Source: Candidatus Methanosuratincola mesotaenarum
GTDB lineage: Archaea > Thermoproteota > Methanomethylicia > Methanomethylicales > Methanomethylicaceae
Assembly: GCA_038801705.1 (NCBI GenBank)
Contig: JAULTC010000002.1
Coordinates: 323,127 to 387,126 of the forward strand
Direction of reading: 5' to 3'
DNA: 64,000 nt
How positions within the stretch are numbered: the first letter of the stretch is position 1; each line of letters opens with the position of its first letter. The notes below the pieces were generated by a model, which was not told the DNA's origin, ran no database searches, and worked only from the letters and a program-made list of their open reading frames with translations. Positions 58,236 to 64,000 of this stretch are shown in pieces. The translations under genes were made by a program, and so were the position numbers.

Positions 58236-59816
58236 CTACTTCCCTGCCTGCATCAATTCCGACCTCACCCCAATGAACGCTGGGCCCCTCACATCTATCT
58301 TCCCCTGCCTGCTCGATATGTACCTCAGCCCGACATCCGAGATCCTCAGGTTTATGTCGCTCAGGAGCTTCACAACCCTCACCCTTAGGTTTGTCTGCCC
58401 GTCCCTTTCGATCCTCGCTGCAGCCATTTTCGCAACCGCATCGACGTACCTTATGCCCGTCTTTGCCCCGACAGACCTGGCAGCCCTCACAAGCTCGACA
58501 TTTTCCATCCCCTGGGGAGGGATCCCGAGTATATTCGCCCTGTAAACCACAATCTCATTGAAAGCGGCGGGCCCGACCAGCCTAACGTTGGGGTCTGGCT
58601 CGTAGACCCGCACCCTGACCCACCTCCCGGAGACTGTGCCCTCATACGCCAAGAACTCACACGGGCTCTCCGCATCTCTGTGCCTCTCGATCGCCTCGAC
58701 TATTGCCCTCTCCACCGCCCTCCCCTCTTCCGTTGACGGCTCCTCGATGAACGAGAGCTGTTTGGCGAGGGAGTGATCCGAGAGCACCCAGGCGCCGTAG
58801 AACTGCGGGTAGACAAGCTCCCTGACGTCATTGTAACCATGTAGGAGCATCGCCACTCTCTCGACCCCGATCCCGATGTTCAGTACAGGGTATTCGATCC
58901 CATACTGCGCCAATGCCAAAGGGCTGTAGAGCCCAAAGTCCATCAGCTCGATCCACCCTGACCCGCTGACTTTTGCAAAGACCTCATGCTCTGTCTCGGG
59001 CGCATAGTACTTAGCCGTGACCTTCTTTCTCTCGATCCTCACTTCTCCGAAGCCGAGCCGTTTGAGGACCTCCTCGGAGACCCGCTTCCCGTCCTCAGCT
59101 GAGACCTCCTCGTCCATTATTATCGAGGATGCCGCGTGGTGGAACCTCAGGTGCGTCGCGTCTTCCTGCTGCTCCCTCCTTGCCCTGAGCCCTACCGAGA
59201 ATAGCATCACCGGCATCTCGAGCTTGTGCTGGACCGCCGCGCAGGTGAGGAACCAGGTGCTTGTCATGTGCGACCTGAGCAGTAGCTTCGTGGGCACCGG
59301 CTCGAGCATCCTGAGCTCTGGGAATACATCGTTAAGTATCCTGAGCGCAACCGTATCCGAGATGCCGAGCCCCTCCGCTACCTTCTCGACTAGGTCGTCC
59401 CCGTCCACCTTCCCCTTTTTGTAGTCGTGGAAGACCTCCCTCAGCCTTGAGAGCGAGGGCTCATCTGTCGACACCCCGAGCTCCCTGATCTTGGATATCT
59501 TCTCCGCGCTGATCCCGATGTCCGGACGCGGGAGCGTCGCTAGGTAGTAACACCTGTCAAGTATTGCCGGAGCCTCGTGGCCATACTGCTTGTAGAGGTC
59601 CGCCTCGTCGACGATCATCGGGTTCAATGCCTCGTCGAACCCTAGCTCGAGGTAGATCTCCCTGAGCCTATTCGAGGTCTCGGTGAGCAGGTGCCTCGTC
59701 CCATTCTTCCCGGGACTGAATGCGCCCTTCCCTCCGACTAGCGGGCCAGTCTCCCTCCATGCCCCCTCGAAGTCCTTCTCGGCCTTCTCGAGCACTTCCT
59801 TGATCCTGATCCTCAT
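58236..59816 (-). CDS. sepS: O-phosphoseryl-tRNA(Cys) synthetase
   Basis: ILDRCYYLA.LPRPDIG, LRSHMTSTWF, RREQQEDATHL, YYAPETEHEV, NIGIGVER. Confidence 0.92.
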   Translation of the reverse strand: MRIRIKEVLEKAEKDFEGAWRETGPLVGGKGAFSPGKNGTRHLLTETSNRLREIYLELGFDEALNPMIVDEADLYKQYGHEAPAILDRCYYLATLPRPDIGISAEKISKIRELGVSTDEPSLSRLREVFHDYKKGKVDGDDLVEKVAEGLGISDTVALRILNDVFPELRMLEPVPTKLLLRSHMTSTWFLTCAAVQHKLEMPVMLFSVGLRARREQQEDATHLRFHHAASSIIMDEEVSAEDGKRVSEEVLKRLGFGEVRIERKKVTAKYYAPETEHEVFAKVSGSGWIELMDFGLYSPLALAQYGIEYPVLNIGIGVERVAMLLHGYNDVRELVYPQFYGAWVLSDHSLAKQLSFIEEPSTEEGRAVERAIVEAIERHRDAESPCEFLAYEGTVSGRWVRVRVYEPDPNVRLVGPAAFNEIVVYRANILGIPPQGMENVELVRAARSVGAKTGIRYVDAVAKMAAARIERDGQTNLRVRVVKLLSDINLRISDVGLRYISSRQGKIDVRGPAFIGVRSELMQAGK

Positions 59817-60463
59817 GCGCCTTTCCTTCCTCCCCTTTCAGAGGAGGCCCACTCGATCCCCCTCCTTATCATGAGGCCTTGATGGGCGAGCGTGACGTCC
59901 CCCCTTGTCTCCTCGACCAGCCTCCTCATCACGTCCACCTTCCTCCTCAGGTTCGGTACTACTGCCCTCGGGTAGTCTATCGCTTTCAGGATCGTGTATG
60001 CCTCCTCCATCAGTTCGAGTGCCCTCCACGCCTCGTCGATGTTGTCCCTCCTGATCGAGTCGAGAGCGTACCTTCTGAGCTCCCCAGCCGCGTCCGCCAC
60101 CCCTGTGAGGTACGGCTCCGGCGGGATGCCTAGACCCGCTGGCTTAGGGACCTCTCGATCCCTTATGAGCGCGAGGAGGATCCTCGCCTCCGCGTACTCT
60201 TGAAACGCCTGGGGGAGCGGTCCCGTGTAGTAGAATTCCGGGAAGTCCACGCATGCACAGCGCGCGCCATCAAGCGCTGCCCTCGCCGCCTCGAGGTGCT
60301 CCTCCGCTGTCGCATAGTCTCCTCTGTGGATCGAGAGTACAGCGCTCCCTGCCCTCCTAATGATCTCCCTCGATTGCAAAATTATATTCTCCCTCTTTGC
60401 GTCCTTAGCCTTGAGGGACCTGTCGATCTCTTCCATGATGCCCTCGAACTTCAATGGAGCCAC
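59813..60463 (-). CDS. Translin/Trax family protein
   Basis: SREIIR, QEYAEA, YLTGVADAAGELRRY, LRRKVD. Confidence 0.88.
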   Translation of the reverse strand: MAPLKFEGIMEEIDRSLKAKDAKRENIILQSREIIRRAGSAVLSIHRGDYATAEEHLEAARAALDGARCACVDFPEFYYTGPLPQAFQEYAEARILLALIRDREVPKPAGLGIPPEPYLTGVADAAGELRRYALDSIRRDNIDEAWRALELMEEAYTILKAIDYPRAVVPNLRRKVDVMRRLVEETRGDVTLAHQGLMIRRGIEWASSERGGRKGA

Positions 60464-60500
60464 CTTGTTTAGATGGATGCCGAGAGCTTTTTAGTTTTTT

Positions 60501-61460
60501 CTAACCTATACTGCTGAGCAGCGCGACCCTGCTGATCGGGACTTCTTTCACCAGCTCATATCCAGTTCTTTTCGCGATCTCCCTTGCGAACTGGATGACC
60601 TCCTCGTGGCTGGGCATGCACTCGTAGCCGAGTCTCGTTACCGAGAACCCGACGTGCATATACGCCTTCACCTCGACGTACGTCGGCGATGACTTGGATA
60701 TTATCCTTGAGTACCCCTCCGGGTCAACCATGTTCAACCCCCTGATTGCAGTCATCCTGATGACCGTGGGGCAGGAGAACGACCTGAGTAGCGATAGCGA
60801 CTCCATCAGCTTCCCCCAGCTCCCGCCCAAGGTCGGCCTGCAGACCGACCGGTACACTTCCTCAGATGGTGCGCTCAGCGAGACGTAGAGCTGCGTCGGC
60901 TCCGTGATCTCCATGAGCCTCCCCGGGTTCGTGCCGTTGGTGACCAAGAATGTGGTCATGCCCCTCCGTCCGAACTCGCATATGAGCCCATCAAGCATAG
61001 AGTATTCGGTCGGCTCGCCGCTGAGGCTTATCGCTGCGTGCTTCGGTGCTAGGGCCTCTTGGAATCTGACCATGTTCACCCTCCGGTTCCCCTTGAAGCC
61101 GATGAGCGCACTCTTCTGAGCGGCGATCACCCTCTCGACAATCTCCTCGGGCGAATCTTCCCCCCGGTCGTCGACCGAAGGGAAACCGTGCTCATGCGGG
61201 AGGACCCTCCAGCAGTACACACACATGTTCGGGCACCTACTCACTGCTGGCGTCATCTGGAGGCACCTGTGGCTTTCTATCCCGTAGAACTTTCCCTTGT
61301 AGCAGTGCTCCCCCCCAAGGATGGCCTCCTTCGTCCAGTGGCAGGTCTTCACCGCCGAGTGCCTGCCCACTATATGGTAGCCCTGTGCCCTCAGAACCTT
61401 GTACTCCCCTTCAAAGGTGCCCGCAGCTCGCTCGGGGCTCTCATTCATTATTATATTCAT
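60501..61460 (-). CDS. taw1: 4-demethylwyosine synthase TYW1
   Basis: HSAVKTCHW, YGIESHRCLQMTP, CPNMCVYCWR, AISLSGEPT, EVKAYMHVG. Confidence 0.95.
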   Translation of the reverse strand: MNIIMNESPERAAGTFEGEYKVLRAQGYHIVGRHSAVKTCHWTKEAILGGEHCYKGKFYGIESHRCLQMTPAVSRCPNMCVYCWRVLPHEHGFPSVDDRGEDSPEEIVERVIAAQKSALIGFKGNRRVNMVRFQEALAPKHAAISLSGEPTEYSMLDGLICEFGRRGMTTFLVTNGTNPGRLMEITEPTQLYVSLSAPSEEVYRSVCRPTLGGSWGKLMESLSLLRSFSCPTVIRMTAIRGLNMVDPEGYSRIISKSSPTYVEVKAYMHVGFSVTRLGYECMPSHEEVIQFAREIAKRTGYELVKEVPISRVALLSSIG

Positions 61461-61468
61461 CCGTCAAT

Positions 61469-62083
61469 TCATTTTGCAGGCAACGTCTCTTCTCTGACCT
61501 CTTGCCTAGATATAACCAGCACATCCACACCGTCGCCCGAGGCCACATCCCTGGCTATCGCAGCCCTGACCGCCCTGACCGCTAGGTCCTTCCCTTCCTC
61601 GACGGTCATCTCCGGAGAATACGACGCCTCTACTATCCCGATTGCTATTGCGCCTCCGGTCCCCAGCGCAGCATACCTATCCTCGATCATCGATCCCAGC
61701 GGGTCCAGCACGAAGAGCTTCGCACCCTCCTCGTCTATCCCCCCAATCATCGTCTCGGTGAAAACTGGGTAAACCCTCTGCGAGTAGAGTATATTCGCGA
61801 GGATCTTTGCTGTTGACCTGACGCTCATTGGCTTGTGGGTCTCGAGTTCGTACAGGTTGCTCTCCGCGGAGATCCTCCTCAGCACCGCCTGAGAATCTGA
61901 GATCAACCCGGCGAAGGCTACTCCAAGCCTGTTATTGATCGCGAAGACCTTCTTGCCAGCCTTCGTCATTATCGAGAATCCATATGTGACCCTCTTCTCC
62001 GATGCCAGGACCACGCCGTCCTTGCAGGCGATCCCAACGGTTGTGGCACCGGTGACAGGGTATCCGAACTGCGCCTCAGGCAA
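61469..62083 (-). CDS. psmB: Proteasome beta subunit
   Basis: Propeptide then GAT-TVG, LASEKR, AGLISD, GTGG, RDVASGDG. Confidence 0.95.
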   Translation of the reverse strand: MPEAQFGYPVTGATTVGIACKDGVVLASEKRVTYGFSIMTKAGKKVFAINNRLGVAFAGLISDSQAVLRRISAESNLYELETHKPMSVRSTAKILANILYSQRVYPVFTETMIGGIDEEGAKLFVLDPLGSMIEDRYAALGTGGAIAIGIVEASYSPEMTVEEGKDLAVRAVRAAIARDVASGDGVDVLVISRQEVREETLPAK

Positions 62084-62150
62084 ACTTTAAAACCTCCACT
62101 TGCACTTTCTCGTTGAGAAGAGAATTAAATAAGCTTTTACCCATTTCGAG

Positions 62151-62471
62151 ATGACAACGATAAGAGAGATGCTGAACAGGATAAGGTGGTCCGATGAGGG
62201 TGGCCTGAGCGGGTACGGCATAGTAATCGTCCACCGCGGGGCACCCGGAAACCGTAGGGTGATAAGAGGGGATGATGTCACCGACATCGCTCCGAGGGCG
62301 ATAATCTGCCGCGATCGGGGATGTGTGGAGGGTAACCGAGGCGGAGAAGGAAAAGGAGAAGGAGAGAGCGAAGGGGAAGGGGAAGGATGGGAGCTGGTGA
62401 TCCCCTACCACCGCGTGGTTGCATTAATGAAGGACGGTAGCGTAGTGTGGGAGAGGGGGACCAAGGAGTGA
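62151..62471 (+). CDS. DUF504 (MJ1316-like) protein
   Basis: IREMLNRIRW, IVHRGAPG, IPYHRV; Gly/Glu-rich insertion. Confidence 0.8.
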   Translation: MTTIREMLNRIRWSDEGGLSGYGIVIVHRGAPGNRRVIRGDDVTDIAPRAIICRDRGCVEGNRGGEGKGEGESEGEGEGWELVIPYHRVVALMKDGSVVWERGTKE

Positions 62472-63499
62472 AGCAGCCTTTCGAGACGATGCCAACCGTG
62501 CTCACCGCAGAAGAGATCGTGGGCAAGATGATCAGGGAATCGGAGAAGACCGAAGTTGCGCTCCCGCAGCGCCTCCCTGCGATAACAAAGGCAAAGCGGA
62601 GGGAGGCCTCCAGGGTCAAGGTATGCGAGCGCGCCTCCGCTGGGTACCTGGAAACGTTGGTTCACTCGGTCCCAACGATAGAGCGCCTTCACCCATTCTA
62701 CAGAGAGATCCTCGAGATCCAGTCTGGGGTGGCTGAGATCAAGTCTGCCCTCGGGAGGCTGAGCCGAGCGGCTAGGATAATCCGTGAGGTCGCGAGGGAG
62801 AGCGGCAGGAAGATAAGGTTCGCGAAGACTCCACAGGAGGCGGGCAAGGTGAGGCGGGCATTCATTGGCCGTGCCGCCTCGATAGTGAGGGGAGCCAGGG
62901 AGGACCTTGAGTTGATCGCTGAGATGAGGGAGAAGATGAAAGACCTGCCCGCTGCGGATCCTTCTGTCCCAACTGTCGTCCTTGCTGGGTACCCTGGCGT
63001 TGGCAAGTCCACAATCCTGCGGGCAATATCCAAGGCAAAGCCCGAGGTGAGACCCTACCCCTTCACAACAAAGGAGCTGATGATAGGCCACGTTCTGATC
63101 GGTCGCAGGCTTGTCCAAGTAGTCGACACGCCTGGCGTTTTGGACCGCCTTGTCGTGGAGATGAACCCTACCGAGCGCCTCTCGATCATCGCCCTTGGGA
63201 GCCTTGCCAACCTGATTGCGTTCATCGTCGACGCCTCGGAGGCGAACGGGTTCTCACTCGAGAGCCAGCGGTCACTGAGGGACGTGATATCCAGTGCCTT
63301 TCCCGGAAAGAAGATATTGACCTTCCTCAACAAGTCTGACATTGCGAGCCAAGATCAGCTCTCGCGGGCCGTCGCCCTCCTTGGAGAGTCCGAACTCATG
63401 GTTGCCGCGAAGGGTGAGGGCCTGGACGAATTCAAAAAGCGGGTGATCGGTGCCCTTGGGACCTTTGAAGGCCCGGAGTGGAGAGGCGAAGGTTTCTAG
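62447..63499 (+). CDS. NOG1 family GTPase
   Basis: LHPFYRE, AGYPGVGKS, PYPFTT, DTPG.LDR, NKSD. Confidence 0.92.
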   Translation: MGEGDQGVKQPFETMPTVLTAEEIVGKMIRESEKTEVALPQRLPAITKAKRREASRVKVCERASAGYLETLVHSVPTIERLHPFYREILEIQSGVAEIKSALGRLSRAARIIREVARESGRKIRFAKTPQEAGKVRRAFIGRAASIVRGAREDLELIAEMREKMKDLPAADPSVPTVVLAGYPGVGKSTILRAISKAKPEVRPYPFTTKELMIGHVLIGRRLVQVVDTPGVLDRLVVEMNPTERLSIIALGSLANLIAFIVDASEANGFSLESQRSLRDVISSAFPGKKILTFLNKSDIASQDQLSRAVALLGESELMVAAKGEGLDEFKKRVIGALGTFEGPEWRGEGF

Positions 63500-63674
63500 G
63501 CTAAACGCCCAATTAATCAATCATCCGATCATGAACCAAGCAGACAGACAAACAAACAAACAAGCAACCGATCAAGCACTGAGGCACTCAGTGGACTGCC
63601 CTACCCTGAATGTAGGGCTTCCTGCCGAACAGGTTAAATCATTCAAAAAGCATATAATCAAGCAAACACGCAAT

Positions 63675-64000
63675 TTACATCCTGGACGGCGGCTTCCCCT
63701 CGACCTTTACGACCGCCCCGCCCCCCTTCAGACTCTCTACCTCGAAGCTGCTCCCGAGGAACTTGGAGCAGAGCCAGATCATAGTCTCCGAGTGGGGCGT
63801 GATCTTTGAGACGCCGATTTTTGAGAACCCGTTCGCGAGGGCGGTTAGAGGGATCAGCATGTCAGCCAGATGTGAGTCCAACGCCATCCCACTCTGTAGC
63901 TCCTCCAGTAGCTTCCTCGCCGCGAGGTTCCCGACCTCCTCAGCCCTCCTCTCCCTTGATCCGAGTGCGTCGGCCCCGACCCTGAAACCCGTCCCTGTCT
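63675..64000 (-). CDS. rtcA: RNA 3'-terminal phosphate cyclase, 3' part
   Basis: Open frame from the window end: GADALG...AEEVG...ALDSHLADMLIP...ITPHSET.IW. Confidence 0.85.
   Translation of the reverse strand, partial: TGTGFRVGADALGSRERRAEEVGNLAARKLLEELQSGMALDSHLADMLIPLTALANGFSKIGVSKITPHSETMIWLCSKFLGSSFEVESLKGGGAVVKVEGKPPSRM

Overview
Archaeal chromosome segment, mostly GC-rich housekeeping DNA. The mix of Cdc6/Orc1, XPB-Bax1, a CdvB/Snf7 protein, proteasome beta, Dph5, TYW1, SepRS and BHB-intron tRNAs suggests a TACK-related methanogen-like lineage such as Ca. Verstraetearchaeota/Methanomethylicia; this is inference, not database-checked. The window holds six complete tRNA genes (Glu-TTC and Met-CAT with introns, Leu-TAG, Thr-TGT, Thr-CGT, Lys-CTT). 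Accessory content: (1) a decayed 4.5-kb element in tRNA-Thr(CGT) with an SSV-type split integrase and ABC-exporter cargo, plus traces of a second tandem insertion; (2) a 19-repeat CRISPR array next to an unusually small type III locus (cas10 with HD and GGDD, a Cas11-like subunit with an extra C-terminal domain, one Cas7/Csm3, a Zn-rich Cas7-Cas5 fusion, a CARF-HEPN effector), with no cas1/2/6 recognised in the window; (3) a nitrogen-assimilation cluster (split glutamate synthase, RHH regulator, amt, glnK) with a candidate TTATGA-N5-TCATAA operator; (4) two chimeric ORFs near tRNA-Lys. The best novelty candidates are the minimal type III system and two spacers that hit the same codon-aligned site of two diverged homologues. 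All family assignments come from motif recognition by eye, with no database searches.
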